Assembly (NCBI GenBank): GCA_963715755.1
Contig: OY970273.1
Coordinates: forward strand, 6,121,797 to 6,185,796
Length of the DNA stretch: 64,000 bases
Source of the DNA: an uncultured Planctomycetaceae bacterium
GTDB lineage: Bacteria > Planctomycetota > Planctomycetia > Pirellulales > PALSA-1355
Direction: 5' to 3'
In this document: positions 18,187-28,141 of the stretch, one piece after another
How the letters are laid out: each line of letters opens with the position of its first letter
Position numbering within the stretch: position 1 is the first letter of the stretch
The notes under the pieces: model-generated
What the model saw: the letters and a program-made list of their open reading frames with translations, nothing else
Told to the model about the DNA's origin: nothing
Databases searched by the model: none
Program-made: the position numbers and the translations under genes

Positions 18187-19689
18187 CTACTTACGATCGC
18201 GCGGGCTGGCCAAAGGTTCGGCCTCGCCCGGGTGTGTCGCTTCGGGAATATTCGAATCGTCCTCACCGCCGCCGGCAGCCTGGTCGACGGCTTCGGTATC
18301 AATGCCTTCGAGCTTGTAGGGCACATCCTTGAACGTGGCATGTTTGAGCACGAGGTCGATCACTTTGCGCTCGATGATCTGATTGCGCAGGGCGTCGGTC
18401 AGGCTCCCCTTGTCGATCCGGGCCTGCACCCGGCGCACACTTTCGCCGGTCTGATCGGCGATCTGCTGGATTTCGTGTTCGTAGTCGTCCGGCTCGGCGT
18501 CGATCTTCTCTTCTTCGGCGATCCGTTCCAGGATGAAGTGTTCTTTCAGGGCCTTGGCCGTGCTAGCGGCGCTGTTCTGCCGCAGATCGTTTTCGTGGGC
18601 CCGGATCTCAGACTCGCTGAAGCCGTTGCGCTGCAGTTCGAGCACGGCCCGTTCCAGTTCGCGGCCGCTCTGGCGGCGGAGCAGATCGGGGGGCAGTTCC
18701 CAGCTGGCCGAGGCGGTCAGCGCGGCGGTGATTTGCTTGCGGGCGGCCTGCTGTTGCTGGTAGTGCAGCTGGTTTTCGAGCCCCTTGCGGACCATGTCGC
18801 GCAGTTCTTCGACCGTGTCGAAGCCCAGCGAGCCGAGGAATTCGGCGTTCAGCTCGGGCACCTTGAGCTGCTTGACTTCCAGCACCTCGAACACGGCGGT
18901 CACGGTTTTGCCGCGGAGGGCCTCGTTCGGGGCGTCTTGCGTCAGCTTGGCGTCGAGCTGGCGAGTCTCGCCGGCCTTGACCCCCTTCATTTGCTTGTCG
19001 AATTTCTCGATTTTGCCGTCGCGGAAGCTGAGCACCGGCTTCAGCCGGATCACTTCTTCCTTGCTGCTGGAAATCGTTTCCTCGCCGTTCTTGAAAGTCA
19101 AGTTGCAGGAGACGTAGTCCCCCGGCGCGGCTGCGCCCTCGAAGGGCACCAGCTGGCCGCGATTGGCCAGGATGATCTCCAGCCGCTTGTCGACGTCGGC
19201 TTCGCTGAACTCGCGGATCGGCCGCTCGACGTTCAGGCCCTTCCACTGCGGCAGATCGAATTCGGGCCGGACTTCCAGATCGAACTCAAACGTCATCGGC
19301 CCTTCGTCCGGCAGCTCGACGGCCAGCGGATCGAACTCGGGCTCGCTGATCGCGGCGAACTTTTCGTCCTCGGTAATCTGGGCCATGCTGTCCATCAGCA
19401 GCGAGCCTTTGACCTGATCCGCCACGTCTTTGCGAAAGCGATGCTCGATCAGCTTGCGCAGCGCACGGCCGGGCCGGAATCCCGGCACCGCTGCCGAGCC
19501 CATCATCTCGCTGAACGCCTTGTCGTAGTAGCGCTCGATGTCCTCGCGCGGGATCTTGACGATCACATGCCGCTCGCAGGCCGAAGGCTTTTCCACTTCG
19601 ATCTGCAGAGTGAGCTTCTGCGGCGTTTCGTCGGCCTGGCCATCCTCGGCGAGCGTTTCGTCCATGCGATCTTTCGATTGCTGAGCCAT
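18187..19689 (-). CDS. tig: trigger factor
   Basis: 500-aa ORF. The N-terminal ribosome-binding region includes GFRPGRALRKLIEHRF (the GFRxGxxP signature). The length and domain order are trigger-factor-like, and the gene sits upstream of clpP, the classic arrangement. Confidence 0.93.
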   Translation of the reverse strand: MAQQSKDRMDETLAEDGQADETPQKLTLQIEVEKPSACERHVIVKIPREDIERYYDKAFSEMMGSAAVPGFRPGRALRKLIEHRFRKDVADQVKGSLLMDSMAQITEDEKFAAISEPEFDPLAVELPDEGPMTFEFDLEVRPEFDLPQWKGLNVERPIREFSEADVDKRLEIILANRGQLVPFEGAAAPGDYVSCNLTFKNGEETISSSKEEVIRLKPVLSFRDGKIEKFDKQMKGVKAGETRQLDAKLTQDAPNEALRGKTVTAVFEVLEVKQLKVPELNAEFLGSLGFDTVEELRDMVRKGLENQLHYQQQQAARKQITAALTASASWELPPDLLRRQSGRELERAVLELQRNGFSESEIRAHENDLRQNSAASTAKALKEHFILERIAEEEKIDAEPDDYEHEIQQIADQTGESVRRVQARIDKGSLTDALRNQIIERKVIDLVLKHATFKDVPYKLEGIDTEAVDQAAGGGEDDSNIPEATHPGEAEPLASPRDRK

Positions 19690-19872
19690 CGTGCGATTCT
19701 TTGTTTTCCTGAGTGAGCCGTGAGTCTGGGGGGACGTTATCTCTTGAAACGTTATGTCTTGAACGGTTGATCTCTTGGTCTATCGCCTGGCCTGCACTCA
19801 ACCGGGGTATTCAACCGGGCATCCCCGCGGCACGTGTGGCCGCCGGTAAACGCATTCGATAGGCCGACCGCC

Positions 19873-19940
19873 GGGCAGTGTCGTGAAGCGGACAGTCGTG
19901 TGAAGCGGGCAGTGTCGTGAAGCGGGCAGTGTCGTGAAAC
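19873..19940. repeat. 4 x 17-bp tandem repeat upstream of tig
   Basis: The units are gggcagtgtcgtgaagc, ggacagtcgtgtgaagc, gggcagtgtcgtgaagc and gggcagtgtcgtgaaac, at 19873, 19890, 19907 and 19924. The core GGCAGTGTC is the reverse complement of GACACTGCC in the array at 18160-18174. Confidence 0.85.
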
Positions 19941-20038
19941 AGGAGACAACGAGCCGCCTTGCCCGGGCCAAAAATGCGCCCGCGCAAAACGTGTCAGGCA
20001 AACACCTGAGCCTGGCCCAGGGAAGTGATGAAAGATAG

Positions 20039-20111
20039 AGCGGGTGATGGGATTCGAACCCACGACAACGACGTTGGCAACGTCGTGCTCTACCAACTGA
20101 GCTACACCCGC
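20039..20111 (-). tRNA. tRNA-Gly (anticodon GCC); no encoded CCA
   Basis: I folded this cloverleaf by hand on the minus strand. The acceptor stem is GCGGGTG/CACCCGC and the D stem is GCTC/GAGC. The anticodon stem is CGACG/CGTCG with loop TTGCCAA. The T arm is GTGGG-TTCGAAT-CCCAT and the discriminator is U. Total length is 73 nt. Confidence 0.95.
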
Positions 20112-20179
20112 AGTACAAAAAACGCAAACACTGGCCCGGCCCCAGCATGCCTCGCGCACGCGTGCGGTCCGGGACACCG

Positions 20180-20207
20180 GATTATAGGGGTACTGCGCTG
20201 GCTGGCA
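20180..20207 (-). promoter_or_regulatory. candidate promoter for tRNA-Gly (TTGCCA-N16-TATAAT on the minus strand)
   Basis: The reverse complement of 20202-20207 is TTGCCA, and that of 20180-20185 is TATAAT. The -10 element ends about 68 nt upstream of the mature tRNA 5' end. This is motif inspection only. Confidence 0.4.
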
Positions 20208-20348
20208 AGGTCATTTGAGCACCCGCCGGCGCGGCCCACGGCGGTGCCTGCGGCAACGGAATCCGGCGGTTTAAAAAGCTGGGCAAACCGGGAAGGCCGG
20301 ACCGTTCGCGCTCTCGCCCTTGCGGAGCGGCAAAACCGCCGGGCCCCT

Positions 20349-21272
<924 letters not shown>

Positions 21273-21368
21273 GAAATATTTTCTCTCTGCTGCAGGAAAC
21301 GGTGTGATCGATTGCAGGAGCCGGGAGGGATTGCTTGAGCACGCGGCCGGCGGCGGCCGGCGCGAACG

Positions 21369-22025
21369 CTACCAGCGGTCCTCGGGCCGGTTGAGAATCT
21401 CGTTGAGCACGATGGCCTGGCGCACGCTCTCGGGCTTGGCGAGCAGGTTGGCGATGGCGCTGGCGTTTGCCCCGGCGGGCTGGGCCTCGCCGGCCGCTGA
21501 CGGCGAAGGTTCGCTCCGCGAGGTATCCGTCAGACTGCCGATCTGGCGGTCGAACGTCTTCTTGCGGTGCTCCTCTCGCTCGGCGTCGGCGCGCTCCATG
21601 TCCTCGGTCAGGCTGTTGGCCCGCAGGGCGAACCCGCCCGTGTCGAGATGTCGCTCGACCGAGTCCGAGACGGCTTCACCGGTGGGGGGGCTGAGCACCT
21701 CTGCCTCGGTCGCAAGTTGCGGCTGGGGCGCGGGAACCTGCATCACTTTGACGGGCGGGCGGCGTCCGCGGTCGCGTTTGCGCTGTGCCGCATCCTGCAG
21801 GAATTGCTCGATTTCCGAGGCCAGAGATTCTTGCGGCTTCGGACGCTTGGGAGCCGGAACGTCGGCCGGCCGATTGGCGACCGGCCGTCGCACGACCGGC
21901 GGCGTCTTCGCCGGCTGGCCCAAGCTGCGCAGATAGTTCACAAACCAATACCCGCCGAGCACGAGCGCCACGATGATTTTGATCGTGTCGACGTCGAAGG
22001 CCCAGAGCGGAGGAACGGGATTCAT
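21369..22025 (-). CDS. hypothetical membrane-anchored protein downstream of floA
   Basis: 218-aa ORF. It has one N-terminal TM helix (IKIIVALVLGGYWFVNYL), a charged, low-complexity middle, and the C-terminus ...SVRQAIVLNEILNRPEDRW. It is co-directional with and adjacent to floA. Confidence 0.55.
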   Translation of the reverse strand: MNPVPPLWAFDVDTIKIIVALVLGGYWFVNYLRSLGQPAKTPPVVRRPVANRPADVPAPKRPKPQESLASEIEQFLQDAAQRKRDRGRRPPVKVMQVPAPQPQLATEAEVLSPPTGEAVSDSVERHLDTGGFALRANSLTEDMERADAEREEHRKKTFDRQIGSLTDTSRSEPSPSAAGEAQPAGANASAIANLLAKPESVRQAIVLNEILNRPEDRW

Positions 22026-22097
22026 GGCGGTATGGTTTCGAGGCGTGCTGGCCGCCCCGTGGGGGGCGGCTGGGGGAGCCGCAGCGCGCTGGCCGCG

Positions 22098-23132
22098 CTA
22101 TTTGCCTGGCGCGACGCCGGCGATCGATTTGCGCATGTCGGTGTCGGCCTGCACGTTCCGCAATTTGTAATAGTCCATGATCCCCAGCTTGCCGCTGCGA
22201 ATCGCCTCGGCGAGGGCCATGGGCACCTCGGCCTCGGCCTCAACGACCTTGGCCCGGCTCTCTTCGATCTCGGCCACCTTTTCCTGCTCGAGGGCCACGG
22301 CCATGGCCCGGCGCTGTTCGGCCTTGGCCCGGGCGACGCGGGTGTCGGCTTCGGCCTGGTCGGCTTGCAGTCGGGCGCCGATGTTGTCCCCCACGTCGAT
22401 GTCGGCAATGTCGATCGAAACGATCTCGAACGCGGTTTGCGAATCGAGCCGCCGGGCCAGCACCGCCTTGGAAATGCGGTCGGGATTCTCCAGGACCTGC
22501 GAATGCGTGTCGGCCGAGCCGATGGCGCTGACGATGCCTTCGCCGACGCGGGCGATGATCGTTTCCTCGGTGGCGCCGCCGATCAACTGGTTCAGGTTCG
22601 CCCGGACCGTGACCCGGGCTTTCACCTTCAGCTGAATCCCGTTCTTGGCCACGGCGTCGAGCGATTCGCGCCCCGAGCTGCGGCCGGGGCAGTCGATCAC
22701 CTTGGGATATACGCTGGTCTGCACGGCCTCGAGCACGTTGCGGCCGGCCAGGTCGATGGTGGTGGCGAGCTTGTAATCGAGGTTGATCGTCTTGGCCTTG
22801 CGGGCGGCGATGATCGCCCGGATGACCAGCGGCACGTTGCCGCGGGCCAGGTAATGGGCTTCGAGCGCTTTGCTGGTGATGCCCATCTCGTCGGTCAAGC
22901 CGGCCTGCGTGGCCATGATCTTGCTGCGCACGATCACCTTGGGATCGACTTTGCGGAAGGTCATGCCCAACAGATCGAAGATGCCGATCCGGGCGCCGGT
23001 GGTCACACACTGGATCCAGAGCCGGAAGTAGCGGGCGAAGATCGCCAGCGCGATGACGCCGGCCACGAGCACGGCCAGCACGGCCGCGATGGTCAGGATT
23101 TGGCCGGTTTGTTGCTGGGCAAATAAGTTCAT
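22098..23132 (-). CDS. floA: flotillin-like protein FloA (YqfA/UPF0365 family)
   Basis: Taken from ORF 22098..23180. I place the start at ATG 23132 ([11 protein letters not shown]...). There is long collinear similarity to B. subtilis FloA as I recall it: ...[47 protein letters not shown]...[30 protein letters not shown]...AKAE.RRAMAVA.EQE... Confidence 0.92.
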   Translation of the reverse strand: MNLFAQQQTGQILTIAAVLAVLVAGVIALAIFARYFRLWIQCVTTGARIGIFDLLGMTFRKVDPKVIVRSKIMATQAGLTDEMGITSKALEAHYLARGNVPLVIRAIIAARKAKTINLDYKLATTIDLAGRNVLEAVQTSVYPKVIDCPGRSSGRESLDAVAKNGIQLKVKARVTVRANLNQLIGGATEETIIARVGEGIVSAIGSADTHSQVLENPDRISKAVLARRLDSQTAFEIVSIDIADIDVGDNIGARLQADQAEADTRVARAKAEQRRAMAVALEQEKVAEIEESRAKVVEAEAEVPMALAEAIRSGKLGIMDYYKLRNVQADTDMRKSIAGVAPGK

Positions 23133-23223
23133 GGAGGTTTCCTGGTCGCAACGGTCGCCGGGCGCACCGGTTGGCCCCATTGTATCGGGCGGCGACGGCC
23201 TTCCGCCAGCAGATCTTGGGGGC

Positions 23224-23805
23224 TCAAACCGGGCCCTGGTCGTCGAACGGATCGATTCCCAGCGATTCGATCGGTGTGGAGAGGATGTCGCTGGCCGAGC
23301 GCTGCGCGTCGTCGTCGCTCACCGGGCGCACGACCACCCGATTGCCGCGCACGTCCATCACCCGGACGCGCTGGCCGGCCTCGATTGCCATCCCCTCGCT
23401 GACCGCGTCGATCGACAGGCCGCCGATCGTAACTCCGCCGCTGGGAAGCATCATGGTGTTGGCGGTGCCCACTTTGCCGACCAGTTCCCGGAGCGTGCGC
23501 CGCATGGGCGAGTCGGGGAGCACCTCGTCGCCGGTGCGGAGTTCGAGCAGCAGGCGTTTGCCCAGCGGAGTCTTGGGCCACCAACGGAAGGCCAAAGCCA
23601 GGGTGATCGGCACGGTAATCGCCGTGACCGCCAGAAAAACCAGTCCGGTTTCCAGGCCGCGATTGTAAAACGCGACCAGCACGCTGGACAAAACCGCTGC
23701 CACCGCCAGGAAGCCCAGCAGGCCGCCGGAGGGCACGAATACCTCTCCGACCACCAGCAGCAGCCCCACCAGGAGCAAGATCACCGACCAGAACAAAGGG
23801 TCCAT
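23224..23805 (-). CDS. NfeD family protein, short form (TM helices plus C-terminal OB-fold)
   Basis: 193-aa ORF. It has N-terminal hydrophobic helices, and the C-terminal part, ...[53 protein letters not shown], is typical of the NfeD OB domain. It lies immediately upstream of floA. Confidence 0.8.
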   Translation of the reverse strand: MDPLFWSVILLLVGLLLVVGEVFVPSGGLLGFLAVAAVLSSVLVAFYNRGLETGLVFLAVTAITVPITLALAFRWWPKTPLGKRLLLELRTGDEVLPDSPMRRTLRELVGKVGTANTMMLPSGGVTIGGLSIDAVSEGMAIEAGQRVRVMDVRGNRVVVRPVSDDDAQRSASDILSTPIESLGIDPFDDQGPV

Positions 23806-24039
23806 GGCAAAAAAAGACCGGGGGCACCAACCGAGCGCAGCAAACCATTCATTTTAACGCATCGGTCGCTGCTCGATAGCCCAGGGGGCCCCGCCGCACG
23901 GCGCGCAATTTCCGCCGAGGCTTGAGGATACGTAGGCGCCAGGCTATTGGCCTACCGGCCGGCGGCCAGCAAAGATGCGCACTAGTTGGACGGTTTTGCC
24001 GCCCCGCCGGTTCGCGCCCATCCAGCGGGGACGATGCGT

Positions 24040-26505
24040 TTACGCCAGCGGGCGCACGACAACCCGGTTGCCGTGCACCTCGACCACCGTCACGCTCGTG
24101 CCGCGGTCGATGAATTCGCCGCGCGAGCTGACATCGACGAACTGCCCGTCGATGCGGGCCTTGCCGGCCGGCACCAGCTGCGTGGTCGTGACCCCCTGGC
24201 GACCCAGCAGGTGGGTGAAGTCCACCAGCGACTCGCGCTGGGCCAGGTGCTCCATCTCGTCGGTCGACGGGGGCTTGAGCACCATGTGATTGAGCAGCGG
24301 CGCATGCGGAAAGAATCGCCGCATGGCCACGGCCGCCAGCACCACGCCAAACACCACGGCCGACAGCCCCAGCAGCGTGTCGCGCAGCTGCTCGAACTGG
24401 TATTCGTTCCGCGGCAACACGAATGTCTGGCTGGCCAGCACCAGCGAAAGGATCAACAGCAGCCCGCCGCCCAGCCCGAAAATCGCAGTGCCGGGCAGGA
24501 CGAAAATCTCGAGCAGGATGCACACCAGTCCGGCCAGAAACAGCAGTGCCTCGAGCCAGCCGGCGGTCCCTTCGAGGTACTTGCTCCAGAAAAACAGCAG
24601 GAAGCAGATGCCGGCCACGAATCCGCCGACGCCGATGCCCGGGCTGTGCAGCTCGGCATAGAGCGCCGCGACGCCGACGAACAGCAGGAGCCAGGCGACG
24701 CCGGGCGTGGCCAGGGCGTCGATCAGCGCGTCGGCCCAGCCCATCTCGACCAGCGAAACGTCGTCTTCCAGGTTGTAGAGTTGGCGGAACTCGGTGAAGT
24801 CGGCCACGGCGTGCCGGGCCAGGCCCAGTTCTTCGGCCCGGGCGCCGTGCACTTTGAGCGGTTCGCGCAGCGGGCGGACTTCAGGTCCCTGGATCCATTG
24901 ATCGGGGTCGATCTGGCTGCGGACTTCTTCTTCGGAAAAATACTCGACCAGGCCGGTCGTGCGATGCGTGTAGCGATAGACGGCCAGGTCCGGATCCATG
25001 AGCGCCACGGTCAGCGACCAGGTGCGCGATTTCTTGGGCGCCAGGCTGTCGCGGACCATCCGGCGCACGTCGGCGATTTCTAGCGGCGTGAAGGCTTCGG
25101 CGCCAGAGCCCCCCAGCGTGGCATCGCGCTGCATGACCAGCTGGTCGCAGGCCAGGGCGATCAGGGCCGCGTCGCCGTAGGCTTCGCTGGGAATATAGGC
25201 CACGGTGCGCACCCGGGCCGGGTCGAGCCCGGCCAGGTAGCTGGCCAGGTTCATGCTGTCGAGCAGCGAGCCGCCGGGGCTGTCGATCCACAGGCAGACG
25301 AAATTCGCGTCTCCCTCTTCGACCTGCGTTTCGATCATTTTCTGGACGCGCCCGACCAGGTTGGCATTGATCGCGCCCTTGAGCGGCACGCGCACCGCGC
25401 GCCACCGGCCCCCCAGCGTCGGATCGTCTTCCAGCGCGGTGGCCGGCAGACCCAGGGCCTTGGCCAGCACGGTGCGGTCGGCCGCGAGATATTTCACGAA
25501 GCCCAGCTCGCGGGCGGTGCGGCCGCTGAAGATGCCCATTTGCCCGGCCGGAATGATGACCCGCTCGGCCTGGATCGTGTGTTTGCGCCGCAATTCGTCG
25601 AGTTCGCTGCGCAGGACGAACTCGGTGCTCCGCTCGGTCTCGACTTGCAGCACTTCGAGATTGCGGTCGAGCATGCCCAGGGCCACCTGGGCGGGGATCG
25701 TCTTGCGCCGCTCGGCGATCTGGTAATAGCCGCTGCGAACGGTCGGATCGATGGCCTCTTCCGGCCGCAAATCGATGCCCGCGTCGCCGATTTCGGCGTC
25801 CGGGGCCATCACGATTTCTTCGCAGGCGATGGCCGCCAGGACGCCGTGACCTTTGATCGTCTTGGGAATAAAGGCCACCGTCTTGGCGGCGCTCAGCTCG
25901 CGGCTGGAGAGGAAATTCGCCAGGTTCAGGGCCCGGCCGAAGTCGCTTCCCTCGCCGAATTTGTTTTGGGCCGGATAAAACTCGAAGACCAGCACCGGGC
26001 GGTTGCCCCCCTTGGGCAGTTCGGTCAATGCGCGCTCGACGGCCCGCTTGACTTGCGAATCGACGCTGCCGGTGATCGGCAGCGGCACGCGAATGAGCCG
26101 CCCGACGCGAGGATTCTCCGCGCCGGCGGCTGCGGCAACCGGTGCCTGGCCGGGCTCCGCCGCGGGAATTGCTTCCGGATCGCCGGGGTCGGGTTTCGCG
26201 AGTGGGGCTTTTGGGGGTGGGGCTTTCGCGGGTTGGGGTTTGGCCGGCTGGTCGCCCGCGGCCTGTGCTGCCGGGGGCAGGGGGCTCACTTCCGGTCCGT
26301 CGGCCGGTTCATCGCCGGCGCGCTCATTGCCGGCGCGCCCGTCTTCGGCCTGCGCGTCAGCCGGAGTTTCCGCGGCCGGTGCACCCGGGGCGGCCGGTTC
26401 GTCGGCGGCCAGGCTGCCGGCGAGACGCACGGCGAGCGCCAGGGCGACCAGCAGACGTAGTGCCCCGCCGCTCGTTTGGCAAACTGGAATGAGCCGAAGC
26501 GTCAT
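24040..26505 (-). CDS. NfeD family membrane-bound ClpP-class protease homolog; unusually long, with two ClpP/SppA-like regions
   Basis: 821-aa ORF. A signal peptide is followed by an Ala/Pro/Glu-rich region and two regions resembling the ClpP/SppA fold; the second contains WIDSPGGSLLDSMNLA. A multi-TM block follows, and the protein ends in an NfeD OB domain (...[40 protein letters not shown]). Confidence 0.8.
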   Translation of the reverse strand: MTLRLIPVCQTSGGALRLLVALALAVRLAGSLAADEPAAPGAPAAETPADAQAEDGRAGNERAGDEPADGPEVSPLPPAAQAAGDQPAKPQPAKAPPPKAPLAKPDPGDPEAIPAAEPGQAPVAAAAGAENPRVGRLIRVPLPITGSVDSQVKRAVERALTELPKGGNRPVLVFEFYPAQNKFGEGSDFGRALNLANFLSSRELSAAKTVAFIPKTIKGHGVLAAIACEEIVMAPDAEIGDAGIDLRPEEAIDPTVRSGYYQIAERRKTIPAQVALGMLDRNLEVLQVETERSTEFVLRSELDELRRKHTIQAERVIIPAGQMGIFSGRTARELGFVKYLAADRTVLAKALGLPATALEDDPTLGGRWRAVRVPLKGAINANLVGRVQKMIETQVEEGDANFVCLWIDSPGGSLLDSMNLASYLAGLDPARVRTVAYIPSEAYGDAALIALACDQLVMQRDATLGGSGAEAFTPLEIADVRRMVRDSLAPKKSRTWSLTVALMDPDLAVYRYTHRTTGLVEYFSEEEVRSQIDPDQWIQGPEVRPLREPLKVHGARAEELGLARHAVADFTEFRQLYNLEDDVSLVEMGWADALIDALATPGVAWLLLFVGVAALYAELHSPGIGVGGFVAGICFLLFFWSKYLEGTAGWLEALLFLAGLVCILLEIFVLPGTAIFGLGGGLLLILSLVLASQTFVLPRNEYQFEQLRDTLLGLSAVVFGVVLAAVAMRRFFPHAPLLNHMVLKPPSTDEMEHLAQRESLVDFTHLLGRQGVTTTQLVPAGKARIDGQFVDVSSRGEFIDRGTSVTVVEVHGNRVVVRPLA

Positions 26506-26705
26506 GGACGAAATGCCCGTTCAGGTGCGCCCCGCCCAGGCGCGCACGTGGCGCCGCAGCGCGGCACCCATGTCGTTGGGAGCACTCAGATTATAGCGCG
26601 GCTCCGGGCAGCGTCAATTTTTTCGAGGCCGGGCGCGCTCGTTCGCCGCCGCCGGGCCCGGCGTGCGTCGCTACTGCCGGCTGGCAAACAGGATCGGCGC
26701 TGCCG

Positions 26706-27773
26706 CTAGCGGCGGGGCGGCGGAGCCGGATCGCGCCGGGCTTCGCGCTTGTCGGGGGCCGGCGCGCCGGGCTTGTTCGCGGTCGGCGCTTCGGGGGGCG
26801 GGTCGATCGTGCGCGTCCAGCCGCTCGGCGTTTCGGGCGGATCGAAATCCCCCTTGAAGTTGCTCAGCAAGTCGTTGATCTTCGTCCTGCCGAACGCGAA
26901 TACCGAGCGCTGTTTGCCGCTGGGCAACTCGATCTTCAGCCCGACCAGCGAGTAGTCGCTCTTATTGAGCATCACCGTCACGTGCCGGAAGTTCGCGGCG
27001 TCGTGCTGGTATTTCGGATACACCTCGAGCCAGAGGTGCTTGTCCGCGTCGTCCGGGGGCGTTCCGTCGCGCAGCCAGTAGCGGGCTTTCAGCTTGTCCA
27101 CCTTGGCGCCGAAGATGAACGGCACCGGCCCGTCGGCAATCGCTTCGCCGCGCATTTCTTTGGGAATGATGTGGATCAGATGCTCGCCCTTCTTGCCGTC
27201 GGGTTCCGGCTTGAACTCGTGGATGGCCTTGCCGTCGCAAACCCAGTGCTCGAGGTTGTCTTTGACTTCGGTGAGCAGGGGCTTCTTCGGGTCGCGCTTG
27301 ATGTTCGGATCGTACTCGCGCATCTTAAGAACCCGAAACATGCCCTGGTCGGGCGGCTTGTACTTGATCACCCCGGTGGCGATCGAACGCAACCAGCTGC
27401 TCTCTTTCAGCAGTTCGCGGGTTTCGAGCTTGGCTTGCAGATCGGGATCATCCTTGGCCGGCAGAGGATCGGAGGCCAGCGTCAGATCGTATTCGCGGCG
27501 CTCGAACTCGCACTTGAAGGTCTTGATCTTGCTGTTGCGCTCTTCCCAGTGCTTGAGCGCTTCGTCGAGCGATTTCTGCTCGGCCGGCGTCAACTGAAAC
27601 GGTGCGACCGGCGGCGCCTCTTTTGCCCCGGCCGCGGTCTGTCCCGGTCCTCCGGCTTGCGGTCCGCCAGCTTGCGGTGCGCCCGTTGGCTGACCGCCGA
27701 TTTGCGGTGCGCCAGATTGCGGTCCGGCAGTGGGGGGCTGGCCCGGGGCCGCCGGCAGGGCTTTTGCGCCCAC
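26706..27773 (-). CDS. hypothetical secreted protein, planctomycete-type; N-terminus uncertain because a signal peptide lies in another frame upstream
   Basis: 355-aa ORF starting at GTG 27773. It has a Gly/Pro/Gln-rich linker and then a globular domain (PFQLTPAEQKSLDEALKHWEERNSKIKTFKCEFERREYDLT...). I recall this as a Planctomycetes-restricted family (possibly TIGR03009), which I cannot verify here. The frame is open upstream with no start codon. ATG 27922 in a different frame encodes MPTSFGYRPLVALLVVLGALAGAELRAQ. Confidence 0.6.
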   Translation of the reverse strand: MGAKALPAAPGQPPTAGPQSGAPQIGGQPTGAPQAGGPQAGGPGQTAAGAKEAPPVAPFQLTPAEQKSLDEALKHWEERNSKIKTFKCEFERREYDLTLASDPLPAKDDPDLQAKLETRELLKESSWLRSIATGVIKYKPPDQGMFRVLKMREYDPNIKRDPKKPLLTEVKDNLEHWVCDGKAIHEFKPEPDGKKGEHLIHIIPKEMRGEAIADGPVPFIFGAKVDKLKARYWLRDGTPPDDADKHLWLEVYPKYQHDAANFRHVTVMLNKSDYSLVGLKIELPSGKQRSVFAFGRTKINDLLSNFKGDFDPPETPSGWTRTIDPPPEAPTANKPGAPAPDKREARRDPAPPPRR

Positions 27774-28141
27774 GCGAATGCCCGGGGGCGGAGCGCTTTG
27801 CGGCGGAGCGGCCGGATCGTTCGGCCGGCGCGCGGCGCTTGGGCCCGGAGTTCCGCGCCCGCCAGGGCCCCCAGGACCACGAGCAGTGCCACGAGGGGCC
27901 GGTATCCGAACGACGTTGGCATAGCATCTCCACTCGCAGGAGCGTGGCGGAAAGTCCGCTGCGATAGCAATGACCGAATGGCTACATCGCCAGCGGGGGC
28001 AAATTGGGGGGGAAGCTTAGCAAAAACATTTCCCCGCCCCTAGAGCGGTTTGCCCCGGCGATTTGCGAGCAGATTTGCCCGCCGGAAAAGAAGACTGGGC
28101 GCCCGGCCCGCGCCGCGCCGCCCTGCCGCGCGGTGCGACGA

